A DNA stretch of 64,000 nucleotides from Chiloscyllium plagiosum. Its lineage: Eukaryota. Positions 22,946-35,474 of the stretch are shown piece by piece (position 1 is the stretch's first letter; the number at the start of each line of letters is the position of its first letter). A program made the translations under genes and the position numbers. The stretch spans positions 6,889,747 to 6,953,746 of the forward strand of contig NC_057746.1 in NCBI RefSeq assembly GCF_004010195.1, written 5' to 3'. The notes under the pieces were generated by a model, which worked only from the letters and a program-made list of their open reading frames with translations, was not told where the DNA came from and ran no database searches.

Positions 22946-25900
22946 CCGATACTGAACCCGCAGACACACTGTGTGAAGCAGGGACCCCAGCGATCAGTGG
23001 CCCAGTGTGAAGCCTGTGTACAGCCAAGGGTCAGACCATGTGGAGACCCCCCCGGTGCTGATCAGCTGCAGAGATCTCTTAGAGAGACTCTGATGTTTGT
23101 CTTATAACTTTCCTGCTTGTTTTTCTGACCTGTAGTTATACTTTGTATCGCTGTAATGTACCTTTTTTATCTTCATTCTTTTTATTCCATAACTAAGGAA
23201 CATCCCTCAACCCTCTGTACCTAAGATGGCGGTGTGATGGTGACATCGTTGCACTGTAACTAATGTGTAACTGAATAAACTGTACCTTGTACCTTTAAAC
23301 CCAAGATGGTGCTGTAAATGGTGACCTCTCAACTTTGCATTGAATTGAGAACATATGACAATAAAACTCATCCAATTCAATTCATTTATCACTGGGCTAT
23401 TAGTCTGGAGACTCTCATAATGTCCTGGGGACACAGTTTCGAATCGAAGCCCAGCAGATGGTGGAATGTGCTTCTGTAGAATCTGGAATTAAGTGTGTAT
23501 CAATGACCACAAATCCATTATTAGGAAAAGCCCATCAGGTTCACTAATGTCCTTTAGGGAAGGAAATCTACCTTCCTTACCTCCCCTACATGTGACTCCA
23601 GACCCACAGTAATGTGGTTTACTCTTCACTGCCCTGTGGGTAATGCAGGCTAAGTCAGAGATACCCACATTCTGTGAGCGAATATAATTATGTAATAAAA
23701 ATCATACTTTAAAAAAATATTATTAGAAAAATGAAATGTTCCCTGTGAAATTCAGACCCTTTCAAGTGAGTGAGGTATGTGGAACAGATTTCAAATCGTG
23801 AATAATTAGAAATCACTGAGTTGAGTTGAATTTGAAAACCTGGCTGCTCTCACAATGGTGCTGGTGGATTTGAAACGTTAACATTTTGATCCTTCTTTAA
23901 CTTGCTGTATGCACGATGTAGCAAATCCCTCTTATCAGGCCATAACCAGAATAGAGGCAAGTTAATGGGATGGTTATGAGCAACCAATTCAGCTGCAGAC
24001 AGTGGGTGAGCCGGGGAACTGTTTGTAACATGTGCCTCGATAATGAAAATGTTGGGAACCACTGCCCTGATGAAATATAGTGTTATTTATCTCCAGGGAC
24101 AGCATACAACGGGATGGAGTTATATTCCATCTGTACAGACCCTGTTCAGACTACAGCTGGAGAACTATGTTCAGTTCTGCACACTGCAGCTCAGGGAGGA
24201 GGTGCTGGCCTGGGAGGGAGTGCAGCGTACAGTCACCTTAATGTGCTTGGAAATTAAATGGTTAAATTCGGAGGGGAGATTATTTTAACTTGGCCTGTAA
24301 TCCTTTCATTGAAAAGATTCAGGTGAATGAATGGAAGGGTTTAAAATATGAATAATACCATGGGCACAGTGGTTAGCACTGCTGCCTCACAGCGCTCGAG
24401 ACCCGGGTTCGATTCCCGCCTCAAGCGACTGACTGTGTGGAGTTTGCACGTTCTCCCCGTGTCTGCGTGGGTTTCCTCCGGGTGCTCCGGTTTCCGCCCA
24501 CAGTCCAAAGATGTGCAGGTCAGGTGAATTGGACATGCTAAATTGCCCGTAGTGTTAGGTAAGGGGTAAATGTAGGGGTATGGGTGGGTTGCGCTTCGGC
24601 GNNNNNNNNNNNNNNNNNNNNNNNNNNNNNNNNNNNNNNNNNNNNNNNNNNNNNNNNNNNNNNNNNNNNNNNNNNNNNNNNNNNNNNNNNNNNNNNNNNN
24701 NNNNNNNNNCCCCCCCCTCCGAGTCTCTATCATTTCTTACAAACCCACAATCCTCTCAGAGACCGCTTCAACAACCCTCCCTCTTGTGGCACCCTCAGCT
24801 ATCAAGGGCCCAGTCTGGGGAATTTCTTCCCTAAACCTCTCCGTCTCTCCAGCTCACCTTCCACCTTTCAGACCCTTCAATCAACTCCTCTCTTTGACCT
24901 TAGAATAGAATCCCCTATTGTGTGGAAACAGGCCTTTCAGCCCAACAAGTCTATACCGACCCTCCAAAGAGTAACTCACTCACACACATCCCCCTACCAT
25001 ATTACTCCTATATTTACCCCTGACCAATGCATCTAACCTACACATCCCTGAACACTGTGGGTAATTTAGCATGGCCAATTCACCTGACCCACATATGTTT
25101 GGATTGTGGGAGGAAACAGGAGCACCAGGAGGAAACCCACGCAGACACAGGGAAAATGTGCAAAATCCACACAGTCACCCGGGGCTGGAATCGAACCCAA
25201 GTCCTTGGAGCTGTGAGGCAACAGTGCTAACCACTAATGCCCGAAACGTCGATTCTCCTGTTCCCTACATGCTGCCTGACCTGCTGCGCTTTTCCAGCAA
25301 CACATTTCCAACTCAGCCACCATGCCAACCTGTCTGAGTATCTTCTCATTTGGCTCAATGTCAGACTTTATAACAATCCCGAGAGGAACTTTCAACACGG
25401 GTTTCAGATCCAGAGGAACTACTCCCTCTGCTGGGAGCAGACATAACCAGTGACATAATCTGAACATGAAACCTGGTGTGTTCAGGAGAGAAACCAGGAA
25501 ACAGTTACTCACACATTCTCCTCACAAAGCTGGAGATACTGGGGAATAATTGCAGTTTTTGGTACAGAAGGATATAGGCTTTTACAAAACAAAACTGCGG
25601 ATTTTGGAAATCTGAATCCAAATTGAAAGTGCTGGAAATCCCTAGTAGCTTTGTTTGTTTGTGTGAAGAGAAAAGCAGTTGGTATTTCTGGGCAATGATC
25701 GATGATCAACCTGTGACTGCTGTTCCCTCTCTATAATGTGGAGGAGCCGGTGCAAGACTGGGGTGGATACTGTTAAAATCACACAACACCAGGTCCAACA
25801 GATTTATTTGGAAGCACTAGCTTTCAGAGCGCTGCTCCTTCACCAGGCAGTTGTGAAGCAGGATCAGAATTTATAGCAAAAGGTTACAGTGTCATGCAGC

Positions 25901-26645
25901 TGAAATGATATATTAGACAAACCAGGAGATTGAGCAAAGCTGGGGAATGAGCGACAGACCAGCTCTGATCTAATTGGACATTGGTGGGACTGACTGGAGG
26001 GAACGAACCTTTGTTGACCCCTCTCTCCACCCTCAGCACACTCATTCTCAGACCCTAACATCAACTCTCTTTCTACTGTCTCATCACCCTAAGCCCCTCA
26101 CCCACACACCATCTCTCTCCCTCCAGCCTCATCACTCTGTCCCTCAGTCACCTACACAGTCTCCCAGTCTCTCTCACCAGCCCCCGATCCCAGTGTCAAC
26201 TTATCCCCAACCAGTTCTTATTATCTGTTTCTTTCCCCACTCCAGCACTAAGGCCCTTTCTGACCCCACTGACCTGGGGTTAATGCCCCAATACCCAGTC
26301 TGGTATTGAGACCCTCTCTGTGCCCATTACCCACTGATTGAGGATTAATGCCCAGTACACAGCTTGACAATGAGACCCTCTCTGTGCCCATTACCCACTG
26401 ACCAAGTGTTAATGCCCCAATACCCAGACTGGCACTGAGATCCCCTCTATGCCCATTACTCACCTGCAGATGCCCCTCCACACAGGAGGACGAGAAGTAT
26501 GAGTCTCATCATCATTATTATTTTCCTTCTCCGAGGTTGAAGAACAGTCTGTAGTCACTGTTTTTGAAAGAGTTGATCTTGGAGCTGGATAGATGCTGCC
26601 AGTCTCCTGCTCTGCCCCTCTCTGTCTGTGCTCTGACCCAGAGCT
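22920..26645. repeat. Segmental duplicate of 14080-17664 (MHC-I intron 1, exon 1 and 5' flank)
   Basis: Colinear high identity with scattered substitutions and copy-specific insertions; homology ends at cccagagct (17664/26645) and resumes at 18083-18458 versus 31720-32031. Confidence 0.93.
26464..26515 (-). CDS. MHC class I exon 1 (leader), copy B, distal
   Basis: MMMRLILLVLLCGGASA+G then gtgagt; one amino-acid difference from copy A; lies in the duplicated intron-1 block. Confidence 0.85.
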
Positions 26646-26803
26646 GGTGAAATTAACATCAAATCCTCCTTACTGATTGGACACTGCTCACCCACTGAGC
26701 CAATGAGAATAGGAACAGCCTCTAAGTCAGCAGTTTCCGGGTAGAACACTCCTGGGCAGGTTGAGTTTGTCTCGAAATAAACTTGAAAAGTACAGAGAAC
26801 CAT

Positions 26804-26893
26804 CCAATCAGAGAAACGCTGTAACCCACATCACCAGTTACCGGGGAGAATAAACTGAGGCAGGTTTGAGAATCAAAGGAGAAACTGAAAGTG
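26804..26893 (-). promoter_or_regulatory. MHC class I promoter: ISRE plus S-X1/X2-Y module
   Basis: Minus strand: ISRE CACTTTCAGTTTCTC (26893-26879), S-like AAACCT (26867-26862), 16 bp spacer, X CCCGGTAACTGGTG(ATGT) (26845-26832), 20 bp spacer, Y CTGATTGG (26811-26804). Extra CCAAT boxes at about 26676 and 26700. Confidence 0.85.
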
Positions 26894-29488
26894 ATTTGAT
26901 ACAGAACAGGGGGAGGTCATTCAGCCCCTCTGGCCCTACTACACCTTTCCAGCTGATCCTGGCTGCTCAGTATGAGACCCATTTACCCATCTTTATCCTG
27001 ACTCCCCTCAGACCCTAACCCAATAAAAATTAATCCCACTCCGTCTTCCACTCTCTCTCTGTCCCAATGTGCCCAGTCTCCTGACGGGTGACAGTGATTG
27101 ATAGCTGTAATCCTGGGCGTAAAAACACTATCTATCTCTGGGTAAAAACAATGACTGCAGATGCTGGAAACCAGAGTCTAGATTAGAGTGGTGCTGGAAA
27201 AGCCCAGCAGTTTGTCTGCCTGAACTGCTGTGCTTTTCCAGCACCACTCTAATCTACACTCTGTGTCTATCTCTGACCCATTGAATCCAAGTGAACAATA
27301 CAGACAATTTGATTAGATCACCCCCGACAGTCTACACTCTGGGAAACTGAGTTCATACTTTATAATGTGAGACAAAGTTAAAAATCACACAACACCAGGT
27401 TATAATCCAACAGGTTTATTTGGAAGCACTAGCTTTCGGAGCACTGCTCCTTTGTCAGGTGCTAGTGGGGCAGGATCATAGGACACAGAATTTATAGCAA
27501 AAGATCATAGTGTCATAAACTGATGCGATATATTGAACAAACCTAGACTGCTGTTAAATCTTACATTTTTTTAGAACGGGTTGCAGGTTTCAATTCATTA
27601 ATTATACGTAAATCACAGAACTTCCTTTATAATCCACATGACATTTTATAAATTCCAACTTTGGAAATAGAACCAGTCTGACTCAAGGTTGGAATACAGA
27701 CAGACTCTAACCTCACACCTTTAAGGCATTGTCTGAGCTGAGATGTCACTTTCTTTTAAATCAAACCTTAAGTTATGAACATGACTGGGATTCCCGACAG
27801 TGTGGAAACAGGCCATTTGGCCCATCAAGTCCAAACCAATCCTCCAAAGAGTAAACCCCCCCCAACCCAATCCCCTACACTTATCCCTGACTAATGCAAT
27901 TTAGTATGGCCTGCACATCTTTGGATTGTGGGAGGAAACCCAAGCAGACAATGTGCAAACTCCACACATTCAGTGGCCTGAGGCAGGAATCAAACCTAGG
28001 TCCCTGGCACTACAAGGCAGCAGTGCTAACCACTGAGCCACAGTGCCACCCAATCATTGTATCATCTCTACATTTAGCTATCATACCTTCTAAGTAATTT
28101 CTATTATTTGCAAACAGTTGAGGTTGTAGCACTACTTCCTGTGGCACACCAGTTGTTACATCTTGCTAACCGAACAGTGACCCATTTATTGTTCCTGTCT
28201 GCTTCTTATCAGGCAGCCAATCCGCTACCTCGGCCAATCTGTTATCACCTGCACCATTATCTATTATTTTTTCAATAATCTTTCATGTAGCTTCATATCA
28301 AATGCCTTCTGGAAACTGAAGTACAGTTCATCCACTGGGTCACCTTTATCCACAGCAGGTCTTTAATAATAACTTCAAACATCTCCCTATGTCCGAAGTG
28401 AAGCTGACTGGCGTGTAGTTTCCTGTTTTCTGGGTCCCTCCTTTACCTGAATAAAGGAGATACGTGTGCTATCTTACAATTGATCGGGACTTTCCCAAAT
28501 CTAGGGAATTTTAGAGAAGTAAAATCAACAAATCAACTATTAATTAAACAAATAGGTTTGGGCTGCGATGGGAAAAATTTAAAAGGGACCGAAGGGGCAA
28601 CCTCTTCACACAGAGGGTGGTGCGTGTATGGAATGAGCTGCCAGAGGAAGTGGTGGAGGCTGGTACAAGTACAACATTTAAAAGGCACCTGGAAGGCAAT
28701 ATGAACAGTAAGGGTTTAGAGGGATATGGGCCAAGTGCTGGCAAATGAGACTAGATTAGGTTAGGATATCTGGTCGACATGGACTATATGGAGTGAAGGG
28801 TCTGTTTCCATGCCATACATCTCTATGACTCTATCTATGACTCTATAAAATACTACACAGGCTGGAAATCTAATACAAACACAGAAATTGCTGGAGAAAC
28901 TCAACAGATCTGGCTGCATCTGTGGCCCTGACCCAACGTTTTGAATTGTCTCTTTCCACAGGAGAGGTGCAGAGGACTGGAGGACAGCTAAAGTGGTTCC
29001 TCTTTACACAACGGGTGGTATAGGTAGACCAGGGGACCAGTGAGCCTCACATCAGTGGGAGGGAAGCAACTGGAGAAAATAGTGAAGGAAAAAATTAATC
29101 TCCATTTAAAGAGGCAATGTTTGATCGGGGAAAGAACAGCTTAGCTTTGTCAGAGGGAGGTCATGCCTAACAATTCTGGTGAAATTTTTCGAGAATGTGA
29201 CCATGATGTAGATGAGGGTAGAGCAGTTGATGTAGTTCATATCAATTTCAGCAAGGCCTTTGACAAGATCCCACATGGGAGACTGATAAAGGAGGGAAAA
29301 ACTTATAGCAACTTAGCAAGATTGATCCAAAATAGGCTTTTTTTATAGGAGACAGAGGTTGGGGGTAGAGATCTATTTCTACAATGAGAGCCTGGTGTGC
29401 AGTGGGGTACCATCGAGATCAGTGCTGGATCCCTCCTTGTTTGTGATATTCAGAAATTAGGATTGATGGAGGGTGGGAGAGCTGATAG

Positions 29489-30103
29489 TGTAATGGACCA
29501 GACCAAACCCCCTCTAAATATCTGAGGACAATAGCCCAGACCTTACCATTTTCTTATTTTAAAGGCAAGTGCCAGGCAGTGCATTCTGGATACAATTCTA
29601 TTGGTCAAGCTACCAGCAAAACACATTCTATTCATACACAATAGTTAAAATACAGCAAAAGAAAGAATCAGAATAACTCATTGGAAAACATAACAGATTA
29701 ATAGAAACTTTAATGATAAACATTAACTGTTCCAATATAGTAACATGCCATAAACACACCCTTGGCAAAGGCAAATTCAGTAAAACAGATTGTCCAACAG
29801 ACAATTCTAGCAGCAGGGAGAGAACCCTAGCTTTTAGTTGTAATAGAGGAATAAGCTTCTGCATCTAACTTTAAGGTCACAGCAAGCGCTTCTGAAAGTT
29901 AAAACTAAAAAAATTCTGGTTCTGCCAGAGCTTGACCCCACCCATCTAGGTTGCTTCTATTGTTCCAACTTTTAAAAAAATTCCAAGGCCTCACAAGCTG
30001 TTTAGTTTATTGGCTTTGGAGCAGAAAACTCTCCACCTCTCTGTCAACCTTTCCTTATTTAAGAAAGGACAATATACACCTCTTAAAGCCATAGTATCAT
30101 CAC
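29489..30103 (-). mobile_element. Solo LTR related to 46170-47158, inserted in a CR1; a shorter relative at about 39340-39685
   Basis: Begins tgtaatggaccagacc (compare tgttatggaccaggcc) and ends gtatcatcac; CR1 RT sequence resumes on both sides. Confidence 0.65.
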
Positions 30104-30389
30104 TATTAGTTTGTGGAAGATTGATTGAGTGGCAGACAGTGAGAAGGAAGCTGGTAGCTTACAGGAAGATATAACCTATCAGGTCACTGGCAGATCAGTG
30201 GTAGATGGAATTTAACCCTGAAGAGCGTGAGGTGTAGCACTTAGAACAAACAAACAAAGAGGTACTCAAGGGACACTAGGAAGTTGAGAAGAACAGATGG
30301 ATGTTGGGTTGCCTGTCCACAGATCCCAGAAGACGACAGGACAGGGTTAATAGAGTAGTTACGAAGGTATATGGGACACTTGCTTTTAG

Positions 30390-30519
30390 CAGGAGAAAGT
30401 GAGGACTGCAGATGCTGGAGATCAGAGTCGAGAGTGTGGTGCTGGAAAAGCACAGCAGGTCAGGCAGCATCCGAGCAGCAGGAGAATCGATGTTTCGGGC
30501 ATAAGCTCTTCATTAGGAA
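30390..30519 (-). mobile_element. Family-1 hammerhead short element with a 12-bp TSD, inside CR1
   Basis: TSD acttgcttttag at 30378-89/30520-31; core mutated to CTAATGA. Confidence 0.8.
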
Positions 30520-32429
30520 ACTTGCTTTTAGTAGTCAAGACGTAGATAGTAGGAGATTAGATCGGAGAGTCAGAACTTTGGTTAGGTCACAATTAAAAAG
30601 AAACAGAAATTGGTGGAGAAACTCAGAGTGTGTGGGAACAAAGCAGAGTTAATATTTCCCATCCAATGATGCTTCATCAGAGCTGATGTTTTGCACCCAC
30701 TTTATTTTAGTTAGGTCACAGCTAGAGTACTGTGTGTAGTTCTGGTCACTGCATTATATGAAAGATGTGATTGCGCTGGAGAGGGTGCGAAGGAGATTCC
30801 CTGAGATGGAGCCTGAGATGGAGCATTCCAGCAATGAAGAGAGGCCGGAGAAACTGGAGCTGTTTCCTGTGGAGCAGAGAAGGCTGAGAGGGGACCTGAT
30901 GGAGGTGTACAAAATTATGAGGGGCATGTACAGGGTGAATACAGAGCAGCTGTTCCCCTTAGTCAAAGGGTCAATAACAAGGAGACATAATTATAAACTG
31001 AGAGGCAGGAGCTTTAGTTGGGATTGTAGGAAAATCATTTGCATCCAGATGGTGTTGAGGTGTAGAATGCACTGCTTGGGAGGGAAGATGAGGTGGGAAA
31101 TCTCTAAACATACTTGAATCTGCACTTGATGTGTCATAACATTCAGGGCTATGGGACTCGTGCAGCAGTGTTGGAATAGTATAGGTAGTGGTATATTTTT
31201 GGTGGTATAGAAATGATGGGCCAAAGGGTCATCTGTACTGTATGATTCAATGATTCTATGAGCGAAACAGTTAACATTTCAAGTCCAGTATCATTCTGCT
31301 TCAGAAAAAAAATACTTTACATCAGAGGCTGTTGCTAGGCAATGGCAGCATACATTCCAAGCCATCCGTCCAAATAGTTTTAACTATTAATTCATGAAAT
31401 CATAGCTGTTCTCACAATCTAAAAACTCTGAGACCTCTTGATATAACATCATCTGATTTGTCATTAAGTGGAAAATAATTCACAGTGCTTCTTTATATTT
31501 TGACTTTCCAGTTCCCAGGACAACACGTGATTAATCCACTTCAATGCAGAAATGTCCATGTTCCAGCTTTAAATTCTAAAAATAATCCTGTGTTCCCACC
31601 AGAAGACCATTCTGCCCCTCAAACTTGCCCTGTCTTTCAATAAGGATCATAGATGAACCTCAAATCTGTATTCCCACCTACTTCTGGTAAACTTTCATCA
31701 CTTGCTCAAGAAGAATGTGCAAATCCTGATGAAGGGCTTAAGCCCAAAATATTGACTCTCCGTACTTCACCTTCAATGGACATATTCAAGGATTTCGGGA
31801 AGACAGTTCCAAACATTCATGGATCTCAGAATGTTTTGGAGTATTTTTGTTTTGAATGAGCAAGTCCTTACTTTTAAACAGTGACTCCCTATTTCTAGAC
31901 TCTCCCACAAGAGAGCACACCCTTTCTATACCTACCCTGTCAAGAGACCTCAAAATCTTACATGTTTCAATCAAGTTGTCTCTTACACTTTGAAACTGCA
32001 TGTCTACCCTGTCCAACCTTATGTCATAAGGCAACCTGGGGAACTTTCTAGGGACACTGGGAAAAGAGTAGGCCATTCAGCCCCTCAAACCTGTTTCGCC
32101 TTCGATGAGATTACAGCTGATCTGTGGGCTATTCAGAATACCTGCCCATATCCCTTAATACCTTTGCTTAACAGAACATCTCAGATTTAAAATGAACAAC
32201 TGATCAAGTATACACTCATGTTTGTGAAGAGAGTTCCAACCATCTACCTTTTATGAATATTTCTCAGCAAACTACTGCTGTCTCCCATACACCATACGCC
32301 AGAACATTCTGCATCCTGCCTTACCCCAACCCTGCATCCTGCCTCACTCCAACCCTGTGTGAGTAAAAGTATAATTAATGGGTCGTGTTGTCAAACAGGG
32401 AGTCCGAGGCGTTCAGGTTTAGAATTGTG

Positions 32430-34620
32430 TGAAATTTGCATCAGAGGTAGACAGGGTAGTTCAGAAGGCGTTTAATATGCCTGTCTTCATTGCTCAGACC
32501 ACTGAGTGAAGGAATTGGGACGTCATGCTGTGGTTGTACAGGACATTGGGGAGGCACTTTTGGAGTACTGTTTATGGTTCTGGTTTCCCTGTGACAGGAA
32601 TGACATTATTAAAGTGGAGAAGGTTCAGAGGAGAATTACAAGGATGTTGTCGGGACTGGAGGATTTGAGTTATAAGTGGAGGTGGGAGTAGGCTTGGGCC
32701 TTTTCTCCCTGGAGTATAGGAGGTTCAGGGGTGACCTTACAGAGGTTTCAAAAATCATGAAAAGCACAGATAAGATAAATAGCAAAGGTCTTTTTCCCTG
32801 ATGGTAGGGGAGTTCAAAACCAGAGGGCATATTTTTAAGGTGAGAGGAGACAGATTTAAAAGGGACCTGAGGGGCAATGTTTTCACACAGGGGGTGGTTT
32901 GTATGTGGAGTGAACTGCCAGAGGGTGTGGTATATGCAATGTCTATGAGTCTCCCATATTTGCGTGTAGAAATGTTTCCCAATAACTCTCCTAAACAGTC
33001 TCGCCCTAATTCTCAGACTATGCCCTCTGGTTCTAGAATCCTCAAACAATGGAAATAGTTTATCTTTATCTACCCTGTACTTTTCATGTTAATATCTTGA
33101 AGATTTTGATCAGATCACCTCTTAAACTTCTTAAACTTCTAAATACAAGAAAAAACAAGCCTGATTTTATTTTATTTATTTATTGTTATGTGTATCTTGT
33201 TACAAAATACAGTAAACAGTGTTATATAGAGGATAGAACATAGAACATTACAGCACAATATAGGCCCTTCGGCCCTTGATGTTGAGCTGACCTGTGGAAC
33301 CAAGTATAGTGTCGCCATTCTCTGGTGCAATCTTGAACCACAGAAAAACAAAACTTAGAGTATAAAGACAGGAAAAATAAAAGAAATTAGGAAATAAAGT
33401 TCACTGTTACAGTACTCTTTGTGAAGTGTCCAGCTATTGGCCAGGAGCAGCCAGCCATGAGTCTCCTCACCGGGCTGCCTGAACAAGAGTTACCACTCCC
33501 TTGCGCCACCTCACCCTCCCAGACGCTGATGACACCATTGGTCCACACTGGACATCGCCAATGCAGCTGACAAGGAAGTTGGATAAAGGAGAACCAGTGG
33601 AAATAATCTACTTGGATTTCCAGAAGGCTTTTAACTTGGTGCCTCACAGGAAGCTGTTAAAAACGATAAGGAGCTGTCCGAATTCATTGCTACACCAACA
33701 CACCAATAATCAGTATTCCAGCATCCCAACCTCTCTCCGTCCCATCTCACCCACCATTGGAAACATCCTCTCTGTTTCTATTTTATCAATTCCTTGCATA
33801 ATTTTATGTGTTTCTGTAAAGTCTCCCCCCCCCCCTCCTCAGTCTTCTGAATTCCAATGAATATAATCCCAATCTACTCAGTCTCTCCTCATAAGCCAAC
33901 CCCCTCAACTGAGGAATCATCCTAGTGGACCTCCTCTGCAACCCCTCTTGTGCCAGTACATCCTTTCTCAAGTGAGGAGACCAAAACTGCATGCCGTATT
34001 CAAGATGTGACCTCACCAGCACCCTATACAGCTACAACATTACCTCTCTGCTTTTAAACTCAATCCCTTTAGCAATGAAGACAACATTCCAGTTGCCTTC
34101 CTAATCACTTGTTGTACCTGCAGACCAGCCTTCTGTGATTCATGCACAAGGACACCCAGGTCCCTCTGCACAGCAACATGCTGCAACGTTTTACCATTCA
34201 AGTAGTAATCTATGTTGCTGTTACTCCTACCAAAACGGAAGACTTCACATTTATTTACACTGTATTCCATTGCTAGACCTTTGCCCACTCACAAACTATG
34301 TTCCTCTGTAAAGTTTCACAGTCTTCGGCATAGTTTGCTCTGCCACTCATCTTAGTGTCATTCACAAACTTTGACACAGTACACATGGTCCCCAACTCCA
34401 AATCATCTATATGAATTGTAAATAGATATTGTACATGGTCCCAACACCGACCCCTATGTGCACCACTAGTAACTGATTGCCAGTCAGATAGCACTCATTT
34501 ACCCCACTCTGCTTCCTGTCAGTCAAGTAGGGACAAAGGGGTCTTTTTCAGGATTGCAGCTGGTGACCAGTGGATTTCCATGAGAGGTAGTATTGAGATC
34601 ACAATTATTCAACTTATTAC
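32430..34620. mobile_element. CR1 LINE fragments, both strands
   Basis: KVEKVQRRITRML, YLDFQKAF, SKFVNDTK and LVRSHLEY motifs. Confidence 0.85.
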
Positions 34621-34777
34621 ATAATTGAATGGCTGTCCTTGTTCTAATTGGACTGCTGTTCAGTTTATGTACTTGTAGACAGGATCAGTGACACAGCTCC
34701 ACATAATCTCCAGTCTCTGCAGCATCTTCTGTTTGTGAATTGCTGTCCAGACACCAATTTGATCAACAGCTTCACAC

Positions 34778-34886
34778 TTACGTCAGGGACTTTCCAACTG
34801 AGACAAACATCAGGGAGGGGCAGGGAGCACAGTAACTGCCAGGGGAAAACCAGATTGAACCAGACTGAGAAACCGAAAGTGGGCGG
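34778..34886. promoter_or_regulatory. Candidate immune-inducible enhancer/promoter (CRE, kB, kB-like, ISRE, GC box)
   Basis: TTACGTCA 34778-85, GGGACTTTCC 34786-95, GGGGAAAACC 34842-51, GAGAAACCGAAAGT 34867-80 and GGGCGG 34881-86, all within 110 bp. Confidence 0.6.
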
Positions 34887-35001
34887 AGACAGTACACAGG
34901 GTCAAAGTGCATGATTACAAAATGTGGAGTGTTTAACAATGCAGACTCTGAGAGAGCTCTCCCCTCAGTCCCATCTCCATGTCCTCTCTTGAGGAGAGAG
35001 G

Positions 35002-35034
<33 letters not shown>

Positions 35035-35474
35035 CGAGACTGATGGACATCCCAATCACTGAGAGAGAGATTGGGGAAGATCCCACTCAGATAGAGAGAC
35101 ACTGAGGGTGTGGGGGCAATGGGAATGACTACCATGCACCAAGGTGTATTTAGTTAAAAATCACACAACACACGTTATAGTCCAACAAGTTTATTTGGAA
35201 GTACAAATTTCAGATAAATGACCTGGAGAGAAAGAGAAAGAGAGAGAGAGAGAGAAAGAGAAAGAGAAAGACAGAGACAAACTAAAGGAGACTCCACTCA
35301 CTGAAAGACAGAGACTGAGGGAATGGAGGGTATCATTGCTATGCATCAGGATATAGTCCTATCCTGATCTCTTGCTCTCGCTCTCTCTGTCTTTGTGGGT
35401 TGGTGTTTTGGGATTCTTCTCCTGATCTGTTCCACTTACGTCACACCCATTTCCCTAGCTCCCTTGGTAGGGTT

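Larger units (their letters stand above)
28050..31260. mobile_element. Cluster of CR1/HER1 LINE fragments
   Basis: DEGRAVDVVHINFSKAFDKIPH, LERVRRRF and RRLRGDLMEVYKI motifs; (ctatgact)n tails. Confidence 0.85.

Noticed and set aside
24362-24425. tRNA-like A/B boxes (also at 40515 and 14580)
   Set aside because: These are SINE heads, not tRNA genes.
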